NCBI GenBank assembly: GCA_963757055.1 | Contig: CAVWPX010000008.1 | Span: 272,298-336,297, forward strand | DNA: 64,000 nucleotides | From: an uncultured Chloroflexia bacterium | GTDB lineage: Bacteria > Chloroflexota > Limnocylindria > Limnocylindrales > CSP1-4 | Reading direction: 5' to 3' | Shown: positions 9,637 to 18,877 of the stretch, one piece after another | Position numbering within the stretch: position 1 is the first letter of the stretch | Layout: every line of letters starts with the position of its first letter | Notes under the pieces: model-generated | Told to the model about the DNA's origin: nothing | Databases searched by the model: none | Seen by the model: only the letters and a program-made list of their open reading frames with translations | Program-made: the position numbers and the translations under genes

Positions 9637-11040
9637 ATGCGGCGGGTGGCCGTCGATCCGCCCGAACCCACCCCGCAGCATCACGACTCCAGGAAAGGGA
9701 CGACCCATGACGGCGACGAACGACACCGGACCGCCAGCATCCAGCCCAGGGAGCTCAGCGGCCGCATCGACGACGCGACCACGACCATCGTCGATGTCCG
9801 GCCGCTGCCCGCGTACAACGGCTGGCGACTCAACGACGAGGCGCGCGGCGGCCACATCCCGGGCGCGACGAGCTTCCCGGCCGCCTGGCTCGGCCGGGTG
9901 GACGACGCCGAGATCCGGCGCGATCTCGATGACAAGGGGATCACGCCGGACCGCTCGATCGTGCTCTACGGCGACGACGCCGCGCAGGCACGAGCCGTCG
10001 CGGACGGGCTGGCCAGGTTCGGCCTGACCGGGATCACGGTCCTCGAGGGCGGCTTCCCGGCCTGGGCCGCGGACGACAGCCCTGCCGATCGAGGGGCTCC
10101 CGCGCTACGACCGCCTCGTCTACACCGCGTGGCTGCGCGACCTGCTCGCGGGCGAGCGACCGGCGGCCTACGACAACGACAAGTACCTGCTGCTCCACGT
10201 CAACTTCGGGGTGCCCGAGGAGTACGAGGAGAACCATCTCCCCGGCGCGCTCTACCTCGACACCAACCGTCTCGAGGACCCGGCGGACTGGAACCGACGC
10301 TCCCCCGCGGAGATCGGGGCGACGCTCGAGGCGCTCGGGCATCGCGCACGACACGACGGTCGTGCTGTACGGCCGCGACACGGTCGGCGACGCGAACGAG
10401 AAATGGCCGGGTCGTCGTGCGGGCCAGATCGCGGCCGCCCGGGCGGCGCTGATCCTGAGCTACGCCGGCGTGACGGACGTCCGGATCCTCGACGGCGGCT
10501 ACGACGCGTGGGTCACCGACGGCTACCCGCTCGAGACCGTCATCCGCGAGCCCTCGCCGATCGCCGACTTCGGCGTCGCGATCCCGCAGCACCCCGAGTA
10601 CATCGTCGACATCGACGACGCCAAGGCGATCCTGGCCGACCAGGCCGGGGCGGCGCTCGTCAGCGTGCGGACGTGGCGCGAGCACATCGGCAACGTCAGC
10701 GGCTACAACTACATCGGCCCGGCCGGCCGGATCGCCGGCGACGTCTGGGGCAACTGCGGCACCGACGCGTACCACATGCAGCACTACCGCAACGTGGACA
10801 ACACGATGCGGGCGTATCCCGGAGATCGTCGCCAACTGGGCCGAGGCCGGGATCACCCGCGACAAGTGGGTCGCCTTCTACTGCGGGACCGGCTGGCGCG
10901 CCGCGGAGACGTGGTTCTACGCGTTCCTGCTCGACTGGCCGCGGATCGCGGTCTACGACGGCGGCTGGTTCGAATGGAGCCAGGACCCGATCAACAACCC
11001 GATCGAGATCGGGGAGCCCGAGGACGGCGTCACCGCCTGA
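9637..11040 (+). pseudogene. multi-domain rhodanese-type sulfurtransferase; three frame interruptions
   Basis: The segments are IQPRELSGRIDDATTTIVDVRPLPAYNGWRL..HIPGATSFP..VLEGGFPAWAADDS / LPIEGLPRYDRLVYTAWLRDLL..HLPGALYLDTNRLE..ATLEALG / IAHDTTVVLYGRD..ILDGGYDAWVTDGYPLE..HYRNVDNTMRAY / PEIVANWAEAGITRDKWVAFYCGTGWRAAETWFYAF (active-site Cys loop). The shifts fall at CCC 10080-82, GGG 10337-39 and CCC 10818-20. TGA at 11038-11040. Confidence 0.75.
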
Positions 11041-11070
11041 GGCGGCGCCAGGCCATCGCCGGACCGCGGC

Positions 11071-11097
11071 GGCCCGCATCGGGGGAGGATGCGGGCC
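11071..11097. terminator. hairpin between the convergent rhodanese and araA genes
   Basis: GGCCCGCATC-GGGGGAG-GATGCGGGCC uses the same 10-bp stem sequence as the hairpin at 9357-9381. A second hairpin (CCGGGCC..GGCCCGG) follows. Confidence 0.45.
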
Positions 11098-11136
11098 GGG
11101 CCGTGGGAGGAGGACCAGGCCCGGCCCGCGGGATGA

Positions 11137-12669
11137 TCAGAGTCCGTTGGCGAGGTGGTAGTAGAGGTCGTTCCAGCGGAGCTGGTCGCGGAGCCGGTCG
11201 AGCCGGGTCTCCTCGTCGATCAGGACGAACTCGACCCGTGACATCGACGCGAAGTCCGCGAGGTGCTCGGGCGTGACCGCGTAGCCGAAGCCCGTGTGGT
11301 GCGAGCCGCCCGCGTAGATCCAGCCCGCGGCGTTGGTCGCGAGATCGGGCCGCGGCTTCCAGACGGCCCGCGCGACGGGCAGGCGCGGCAGCGGCTGCGG
11401 CGGGTCGATCACGTCCACGACGGTCGCCACCAGGCGGAACCGCGGGCCCATGTCCACGATCGAGGCGGCGACGGCCTGGCCCGGGTGCGCGTCGAACACG
11501 AGCCGGACCGGGTCGGCCTTGCCGCCGATCCCGAGGGGGTGGACCTCCAGCCGCGGCCGGCCCGCGGCGATCGACTCGCAGACCTCGAGCATGTGCGCCC
11601 CGAGGCTGAGGTCCCCGTCCGGGGTCATGTGATACGTGTAGTCCTCCATGAACGAGACGCCGCCCGGCAGGCCGCTCGACATCACCTTCATCGCGCGCAC
11701 CATCGCCGCGGTCTTCCAGTCGCCCTCGGCGCCGAACCCGTAGCCGTCGCGCATCAGCCGCTGGACGGCGAGGCCGGGCAGCTGGGTCATGCCGTGGAGG
11801 TCCTCGAAGGTCGTGGTGAACGTCGAGAACCCGCCGGCGTCGAGGAACCGGCGCAGGCCGATCTCGATCCTGGCCCCGTCGCGCAGCGAGTCGGCGCGCT
11901 CGGCACCGGGACGCAGGACCGGGTCGACGTCGTACTCGTCGAGGTACGTCGCGACGAGGGTGTCGACCTCGGCGTCGCTGCTCTCGGCGATGACCGCGAC
12001 GAGGTCGCCGACCCCGAAGGTGTCGACCCGGAAGCCGAGTCTGCGAGTGGCCTCCACCTTGTCGCCCTCGGTCACCGCGACGTCGCGCATGTTGTCGCCG
12101 AACCGGGCGATCCGCATCGTCTCCCAGTCGCGCTTCGCGGCGGCCGCCCGGGTCCAGGCCCCGACGCGCTCGTGGACCTCGGTCGTGGTCCAGTGGCCGG
12201 CCACGACCTTGTGCTCGATCCGCAGGCGGGCGGCCATGAACCCGAACTCCCGGTCGCCGTGGGCGGCCTGGTTGAGGTTCATGAAGTCCATGTCGATGGC
12301 GTCCCACGGGATCGCGCCGTGGTGCTGGGTGTGCAGGTGGAGGAGCGGCCGCTGGAGGGCCGTGAGCCCGCCGATCCACATCTTGGCCGGCGAGAACGTG
12401 TGCATCCAGGCGATGACGCCGATGCAGGCCGGGGTCGCGTTGGCCTCGAGGAACAGGGCGCGGATGCCGTCCGCATCGGTCACGACCGGCTTCGGGACCA
12501 CCCGGACCGGGATCGATGGCGCCGCGTCGAGCGCCGCGGCGACCTCGGTCGCGTGTGCCGCCACGGTCTCGAGCGTCTCCGGCCCGTAGAGGTGCTGGCT
12601 GCCGGTGACGAGCCACACCTCGTCCGTCCCGAGGTCGTGCATCGACGGACTCCTCGCCTCGCTGGTCAT
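11137..12669 (-). CDS. araA: L-arabinose isomerase
   Basis: 510 aa: [70 protein letters not shown] 12669 overlaps the araD stop (ATGA). Confidence 0.92.
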   Translation of the reverse strand: MTSEARSPSMHDLGTDEVWLVTGSQHLYGPETLETVAAHATEVAAALDAAPSIPVRVVPKPVVTDADGIRALFLEANATPACIGVIAWMHTFSPAKMWIGGLTALQRPLLHLHTQHHGAIPWDAIDMDFMNLNQAAHGDREFGFMAARLRIEHKVVAGHWTTTEVHERVGAWTRAAAAKRDWETMRIARFGDNMRDVAVTEGDKVEATRRLGFRVDTFGVGDLVAVIAESSDAEVDTLVATYLDEYDVDPVLRPGAERADSLRDGARIEIGLRRFLDAGGFSTFTTTFEDLHGMTQLPGLAVQRLMRDGYGFGAEGDWKTAAMVRAMKVMSSGLPGGVSFMEDYTYHMTPDGDLSLGAHMLEVCESIAAGRPRLEVHPLGIGGKADPVRLVFDAHPGQAVAASIVDMGPRFRLVATVVDVIDPPQPLPRLPVARAVWKPRPDLATNAAGWIYAGGSHHTGFGYAVTPEHLADFASMSRVEFVLIDEETRLDRLRDQLRWNDLYYHLANGL

Positions 12670-13506
12670 TGGCCGTACTCGGTCGTGTAGCGCCGGTGGA
12701 GCCGCTCGACGGCGTCGTCCGGGAGGGGTTCGGGCGTGCCGATCTGGAGCGCCGCCCAGACGGTCGCCGCGATGTCCTCGACCATCACCGCGGTCTTCAC
12801 CGCGGCCTCGGCAGAGGGACCCACCGTGAAGACGCCGTGCTGCTTGAGGGGTGGGGGTGTGTTTTTGTTGTTTGTTTTTTGTTGATTGGTTGTGGTGGAG
12901 CTGTGTGTTGGTTTCGTCGGGTAATGTTGGTGCCGATCTGGAGGGCCGCCCAGACGGTCGGCGGCGATGTCCTCGACCATGACGGCCGTCTTGACCGCGG
13001 CCTCGGCGGTCGGGCCGACCGTGAAGACGCCGTGCTGCTTGAGCAGGATCGCCGGGCTGTCGCCGAGGCCGTCGACCACGAGGGTCCCGATGGCCTCGTC
13101 GCCGATGAACGCGAAGTCCGCGCACGGGATCTCGGCACCGAACTCGTCCGCCTGGGCGGTCAGGTAGACCGGGATGGGGCGGCCCACGGCCGCGAAGGCC
13201 GTCGCGTAGCGCGAGTGCGTGTGCACCACGCCGTGCACGTCCGGCCGCGCGCGGTAGATGACGAGGTGGCTCGCGGTATCGGACGACGGCTTGTTCGTCC
13301 CCTCCACGATCGCGACCATCGAGGTCGAGCACGACCATCGACTCGGCCGTGAGGTCCTCGTAGCGGACGCCGGACGGCTTGATCGCGACGAGCCCGGTCT
13401 CGGGGTCGCGGACGCTCACGTTGCCGCCGGTCCAGACGACCAGCCCGTGGCGCGGGAGCTCCAGGTGGAGCCGGACGAGCTCCTCGCGGAGCGCCTCGAG
13501 CCGCAT
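12666..13506 (-). pseudogene. araD: L-ribulose-5-phosphate 4-epimerase; one frame interruption plus an in-frame internal duplication/insertion
   Basis: [59 protein letters not shown] from ATG 13506. One base on (about 13313) it continues [39 protein letters not shown]... The C-terminal [11 protein letters not shown](S/T)[16 protein letters not shown] segment is present twice, around a CA-rich linker. Confidence 0.8.
12736..13043. repeat. imperfect direct duplication (12736-12848 and 12930-13043; 11 mismatches plus 1 indel) flanking an 81-nt G+T tract (12849-12929)
   Basis: Read directly from the sequence. Both copies begin GTGCCGATCTGGAG and end GTGAAGACGCCGTGCTGCTTGAG. The tract between them contains 34 G, 40 T, 4 A and 3 C. 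Confidence 0.95.
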
Positions 13507-13507
13507 G

Positions 13508-15223
13508 TCAGGCCGGCACCGAGACGGGGACCGCCGGCGACATCGAGGCCTTGGCCTGCGCGCGGAGGCCGCGCAGGACCTTCATGACGTCGTTCTCGCC
13601 GCGGCCGAAGTAGTCGTGGAGGCGGACGTACTCACGGTAGAGGACCTCGTAGGCGTCGCGGTTCGCGGCGCTCGGCTCGTACACGACGTCCTTCAGCCGG
13701 GCCATCGCACGCGCCGCGTCCTCGATGGTGGCGTGGCCGCCGGCCGCCGCGCCGGCGGCGACCGCCCCGAACATCGCCGAGCCGAGCGCCGGGGTCTGGT
13801 CGGAGGCGCTGACGCGGAACGGGCGCCCGGTGACGTCCGCGTAGATCTGCAGCACCAGCGGGCTCTTCTCGGCCAGCCCGCCGCAGGCCACGATGTCGTG
13901 GACGGGGACGCCGTTGGCCTCGAGGGTCTCGATGATCACGCGCGTCCCGAACGCGGTCGCCTCGATCAGGGCCCGGTAGATCTCCTCGGGCGTGGTCGAG
14001 AGCGTCGCCCCGATCAGCAGGCCGCCGACCGCGGCGTCGACGAGGATCGAGCGGTTGCCGTTCCACCAGTCGAGCGCCAGCAGCCCGGACTCGCCCGCGA
14101 CCTGCCGGCCGGCCTTCTCCTGGAGCAGCTCGTGGATGTCGATGCCGCGGGCGCGCGCCTCGTCGTGGTACGCGGCTCGGCAGCCCCTGGTCGACGAACC
14201 AGCCGAAGTGGTCGCCGACGCACGACTGTCCGGCCTCATAGCCGATCAGACCGGGGATGATCCCGTCCTCGACGCGGCCGCACATCCCGGGCACCGTCCG
14301 CTCGTCCGGGCGCGAGGACCATGTGGCACGTGGAGGTGCCCATGATCATGACCATCGTGCCGGGCTCGGTGACCGTCGCGGCCGGCACGGCCACGTGGGC
14401 GTCGACATTGGCCACCGCGACCGCGGTCCCGGGCAGCAGGCCCGTCCAGGCCGCGGCCTCGGCCGAGAGCCCGCCGGCCCGCTCGCCGGCCTGGCGCAGG
14501 TCCCGGCGCATCTTCGTGTCGACGACATCGGCGAAGGCCGGGTCGAGGGCGCCGAAGTAGGCCGCCGTCGGGGAAGCCGTCGCGCTTCGACCACATCGCC
14601 TTGTAGCCCGCCGTGCAGGCGTTCCGGGTCTCGACCCCGGTCAGCTGCCAGACGATCCAGTCGGTCGCCTCGAGGAGGCGGTCCGCGGCGGCGTAGACCT
14701 CCGGCGCCTCGTCGAGGATCTGGAGGGCCTTCGCGAAGAACCACTCCGACGAGATCTTCCCGCCGTAGCGGTCCAGCCAGTCCTGCCCGGTCGCCCGCGC
14801 GACTTCGTTGATGCGGTCCGCCTCGGGCTGCGCGGCGTGGTGCTTCCAGAGCTTGACCCAGGCGTGCGGGTTCGAGCGGAAGGCCGGGAGCATCGAGAGG
14901 GCGGTGCCGTCGGCGGTCGCGGGGAGCATCGTGCACGCCGTCACGTCGACCCCGATGCCGATGATGTCGGCGGGGTCCACGGCGGCCTCGCGGATCACCG
15001 CCGGGACGGCGGTCTTGAGCACGTCGAGGTAGTCGTCGGCGTCCTGGAGCGCCCAGTCGGGCGGCAGGACCACGTCCTGGTCCGGGGCGGGGAGCCGCTC
15101 GTCGATGACGCCGCTGCGGTACGGCGTGACCGACGTCGCGAGCTGCCGGCCGTCGGCGACGTCGACGAGCACGGCGCGCCCGGACTCGGTGCCGAAATCG
15201 ACGCCGATCGCGTACTTGGTCAT
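13508..15223 (-). pseudogene. araB: ribulokinase (FGGY family); three frame interruptions
   Basis: The segments are MTKYAIGVDFGTESGRAVLVD..KLWKHHAAQPEADRIN..TAGYKAMWSKRDGFP / ..[35 protein letters not shown] / [39 protein letters not shown] / [40 protein letters not shown]. They lie in successive frames (about 14575, 14300, 14185). Stop at 13508. Confidence 0.8.
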
Positions 15224-15267
15224 GGCTGGCTGGTCCCTCGGTCTCGCGATGACGTGCTGCGGGTGGC

Positions 15268-15291
15268 CCGTTATCGTTCCCGTTATCGTTC
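15268..15291. promoter_or_regulatory. tandem 12-mer CCGTTATCGTTC x2 in the araB / regulator divergent intergenic region (candidate operator)
   Basis: Two perfect adjacent copies lie 8 nt upstream of the regulator ATG 15299 and 45 nt from araB ATG 15223. Confidence 0.4.
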
Positions 15292-15298
15292 ACGGACG

Positions 15299-16465
15299 AT
15301 GCTACCCTACGACGCCATGGCAAGGGAACCGACCCCAGCCGGGCACGGGATCACCATCCGCGAGATCGCGCGGATGTGCGGCGTCTCCACCCAGACCGTC
15401 TCGCGCGTCATCAACGAGCGGCCGGACGTGTCGCGCGAGACCCGCCTGGCGGTGGAGGCGGCCATCGCCGCGACCGGGTTCCGGCCGAGCGCCGTCGCGC
15501 GAAGCCTCGTCCAGCGTCGCTCGCGCACGCTCGGCGTCGTCGTCGCCGGCCTGCGCTACTTCGGCGTCGCCCAGACGCTCAACGGCATCACCGAGGAGGC
15601 GCAGGCGGCCGGCTACGGCGTCCTGCTCAAGGAGATCGAGAGCACGGAGACCGTCGACATCGCGCCGGTCATCGAGTTCATGATCGCGCACCGCGTCGAG
15701 GCGATCATCTTCGCCGCGCCCGCAGCTGGGGACGAACATCGCCCGGGTCCGCTCGCAGCTGCCGACCGCGTCGCCGCCGACCATCTTCCTGAAGTCCGAG
15801 CCGTCGCCGGACCACTCGACGATCCTGATCGACAACCGCGACGGCGCCCGGCAGGCGACGGCGCACCTGCTCGCCCTCGGCCGCCGCCGGATCGGGCACA
15901 TCGCCGGCCCGGCGCCATGGAGCGAGGCACGGGACCGCCAGGACGGCTGGAGCGCGACGCTCCGAGATGCGGGCGTCGAGCCGGGACCGGTCGTCGCCGG
16001 CGACTGGTCTCCGGCGAGCGGCGAAGCGGCCTTCGAGCGGATGCTGGCTGTGGCCCCCGACATCGACGGCATCTTCGTGGCGAACGACCAGATGGCGCTC
16101 GGCGTCATCCGTGCGGCGCACGCCCGCGGGATCGCGATCCCCGATGCCATCGCGATCGTCGGCTTCGACGGGCTCGACGAGGCCGCCCACATCACCCCGT
16201 CGCTCACGACCGTCGTCCAGCCGCTCTACGAGCTCGGCGAGCTCGGCGTCCGCGAGGTGCTGGCGGTCGCCAACGAGCGCGTCCGGTCCCGGCGCCGTCC
16301 GCAGCCTGACGCTCTCGACCCAGCTCGTGATCCGCGAGAGCGCACCGGCGATCGCCACGGCGGCGTCCGAGCTCCCCGAGGGGCAGGACCCGCGACCGCG
16401 CCATCGACATCGCCGGCCAGGAGGGGCATCCTCTCCCCGACGGCCGTCGCGGCCGTGTCGGATGA
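15299..16465 (+). pseudogene. LacI-family transcriptional regulator (likely arabinose regulator); three frame interruptions
   Basis: HTH: ITIREIARMCGVSTQTVSRVINERPDVSRETRLAVEAAIAATGFRPSAVARSL. The sugar-binding core RIGHIAGPAPWSEARDRQDGW..IFVANDQMALGVIRAAHARGIAIPDAIAIVGFD and the tail LTLSTQLVIRES are in successive +1 frames (about 15722, 16285, 16390). The end at TGA 16463-16465 is inferred from GC3 only. Confidence 0.7.
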
Positions 16466-16475
16466 GGCAGCAGCC

Positions 16476-17166
16476 ATGGACATCGCGCTGGTGCACGGCT
16501 CGTACCACGGGGCGTGGTGCTGGGATCGCCTGGCGCCGGAGCTGGAGGCGCTGGGGCATCGGGTCATCGCGGCGGACCTGCCGGTCTCGGACCCGTCGCT
16601 CGGGGCGTCGGCCTATGCGGATGCCGTCATCGAGGCGATCGCGACGATGCCGGAGCCCGTGCTCGTCGGCCATTCGATGGGCGGGCTGGTCACCCCGATC
16701 GTGGCCGCGCGCCGGCCGATCCGGCGGCTCGTCTTCCTCGCCGCCTTCCTCCCGCTCCCGGGTCTGAGCGCGAACGAGCAGCGCGCGACCGAGGCGCTCG
16801 CGGGCGACGTGGTCCCGACGACCGCCGAGTGGACCGATCTGGGTGACGACGTCTGGATGGTCGGGCCGAACACGGCGCGCGAGGTCTTCTACCACGACGC
16901 GACACCCGAGGTGGCGGCCTGGGCGGCCGCGCGTCTGCGCCCGCAGTGCTACCGGGTGATGAGCGAGACCACGCCGCTGGCGGCCTGGCCCGCGGTCGAG
17001 ATCGCGGACGATCGTCTGCCGCGACGACCGGGCGATCAACCCGGACTGGGTCCGTTCGGCGAGTCGCGACCGCCTCGGCGTGGAGGCGGTCGAGATCGAC
17101 GGCGCGCACTCGCCGTTCATGACCCGACCAGGGGAGCTCGCCGCGATCCTCGACGCCCTGGCCTGA
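16476..17166 (+). pseudogene. alpha/beta-fold hydrolase; one frame interruption
   Basis: MDIALVHGSYHGAWCWDRLAPELEALGHRVIAADLP..VLVGHSMGG (nucleophile elbow). After about 17005 it continues one base on as IVCRDDRAINPDWVRSASRDRLGVEAVEIDGAHSPFMTRPGELAAILDALA, with TGA at 17164-17166. Confidence 0.75.
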
Positions 17167-17245
17167 GTCAGCCGGGCGGCCCGTCAGACCCGGCGAGCCG
17201 GTCCAGGACGACGCGGCCGCGCACGGAGTTGCGCTGCGGGGCCGC

Positions 17246-18844
17246 GTGACATCCAATACGCCGATGCGTCGCCCACCGCTGCCCGCGTTCATCGGCGACC
17301 TGTTCGTCGACCCGGTCGCGAAGGGCGCGCTGCTGGCGGGCTCGCTGGCGCTCTTCGCCGCGGCGCTCGACCCGCAGGTCTGGAGTCCGGCGCTGCCGTC
17401 CGTCCAGGCCGCGGTCCGCGAGAACCCGCAGCTCGAGACGACGGTCATGCTCGCCTCCCTCAGCGCAGCCGCGCTGCTGCTGCTCGGTGGGGCGCTCGGC
17501 GACTCGCGGCGGTCGCGGCCGATCATCCTCGGCGGGCTCACGGTGGAGCTGCTCGCGGGCGTCGCCGCCCTGATCCTGCAGGACGGTCCGCTCTACGTCG
17601 CCACGAGGCTCATCGGCCACGCGGGCGCGACGTTCGTCATCCCGGTCTCGATCGCGCTCGTCGCGACCCGATATCGCGGACCGGTCCGCGCCACCGCGAT
17701 CGGCCTCGCCTACGGCGCCTACGGGGCGGCCGGCGCCGCCGGGCCCGTCCTCCTGCAGCTCATCCCGGGCGAGCGCTGGCCCGCCTACGTCGCGGCGATC
17801 GCCGCGTGCGCCATCGCGATCCGCGTCGCGTCCCGCCACGTCCTGGAGCTGCACCGGCCGTCGCTCGCCGAGCGGCCGCTCGTCGTCGGGGTCGCCGTGT
17901 GGGCCTTCGGGATCATCACGATGACCATCGGGCTCACCTGGATCGGCGGCGGCCTCGACAACCCGATCCGCTGGGCGATGATCGTGGGCGGGCCGGCGCT
18001 CGTGCTCTTCTACGACCGCCTCTCCCGGAGGCGGCAGGTCGGTCCCGTCGGGATCATCCGGCGGAACGTGGCGATCGCGCTGTTCGTCGGCGTCGTCATC
18101 GCCGTCTCGCAGACCGCCGCGATGCTCAACCTGCCGCTGTACTTCCGGCTCGTGCTCGGATACGGGCCGGTGCTTGCGGTGGCCGCGCTCGCGCCGCTCT
18201 TCGCCGCCCTGGTGCTCGCCGGCCCGGTCGCCGGCTACCTCCTCAGCCGCGTCTCACCGCGGTGGCTCGTCGGCGGCGGCGTGGTGTTCGTGGGGATCGG
18301 CAACCTGGTCCTGTCCGCCGTGACGACGCAGTCCGCCTCGTACATCGGGTTCGTCCTGCCGTGCCTGCTCATCGGGGCGGGGTTCGTCGTGGCCACGACC
18401 GTTCGAACGGCGATCATCTTCGCGAGCGTGCCGCAGGGATTGCCCGCGACGGCGGCGGCGCTCAACGAGGCGTCGATCTCGGTCGGGTCGCGCATCGGGA
18501 TCGTCGTGGTCAGCGCGCTCGTGGCCCAGGTCGCGACGGCCGCCTACACCGACTCGGTGGCCGCGCTCCCGGCCGCCGACGCGAGCGCCGCGATCGCGGC
18601 CTTCCGGGACGTGCTCATCGCGGTCGGCACCCCCTCGTTCAGCCAGGTCGCGACCACGATCGGCGCGGCCGACGTGCTGCCCTACATCGACGCCTACACG
18701 AGCGGGCTCCACGCGGCGTTCCTGTTCTGCGGCGTCATCGGCGTGGTCGGCGGGGCCATCGCGCTCCTCGCCTTCGGCCAGCAGGACCCGCTCAAGACGG
18801 TCTGGGACAGCAAGGACGAACGGGCGGCGACCGTCCCGGCCTGA
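17246..18844 (+). CDS. MFS transporter (about 14 TM, drug:H+ antiporter-like)
   Basis: 532-aa uninterrupted ORF with hydrophobic helices throughout (e.g. LLLLGGALGDSRRSRPIILGG, a loop 2-3-like motif). Confidence 0.8.
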   Translation: MTSNTPMRRPPLPAFIGDLFVDPVAKGALLAGSLALFAAALDPQVWSPALPSVQAAVRENPQLETTVMLASLSAAALLLLGGALGDSRRSRPIILGGLTVELLAGVAALILQDGPLYVATRLIGHAGATFVIPVSIALVATRYRGPVRATAIGLAYGAYGAAGAAGPVLLQLIPGERWPAYVAAIAACAIAIRVASRHVLELHRPSLAERPLVVGVAVWAFGIITMTIGLTWIGGGLDNPIRWAMIVGGPALVLFYDRLSRRRQVGPVGIIRRNVAIALFVGVVIAVSQTAAMLNLPLYFRLVLGYGPVLAVAALAPLFAALVLAGPVAGYLLSRVSPRWLVGGGVVFVGIGNLVLSAVTTQSASYIGFVLPCLLIGAGFVVATTVRTAIIFASVPQGLPATAAALNEASISVGSRIGIVVVSALVAQVATAAYTDSVAALPAADASAAIAAFRDVLIAVGTPSFSQVATTIGAADVLPYIDAYTSGLHAAFLFCGVIGVVGGAIALLAFGQQDPLKTVWDSKDERAATVPA

Positions 18845-18877
18845 GGGCCGAGCGTGCCGGCGGCCCCGTGCCGCTCG

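Noticed and set aside
9691-9709. AGGAAAGGGA plus ATG 9707 as the rhodanese start.
   Set aside because: This ATG is in a frame that would need a missing base to join the protein, whereas every other interruption in the window is an extra base. The ORF as given is open from ATG 9637, so I keep 9637. The SD-like sequence remains a caveat.
12849-12929. Sequencing-adapter read-through (SMRTbell hairpin or nanopore adapter) as the source of the G+T tract.
   Set aside because: The flanks are direct rather than inverted repeats. The tract does not contain the adapter sequences I remember. It shows residual similarity to the native araD/araA junction instead. An assembly artefact of another kind is not excluded.
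12736-13043. Diversity-generating retroelement (template/variable repeat) explanation for the araD repeats.
   Set aside because: The differences between copies are mostly G/C third-position swaps, not adenine-specific. No reverse transcriptase is nearby, and the target is a housekeeping epimerase.
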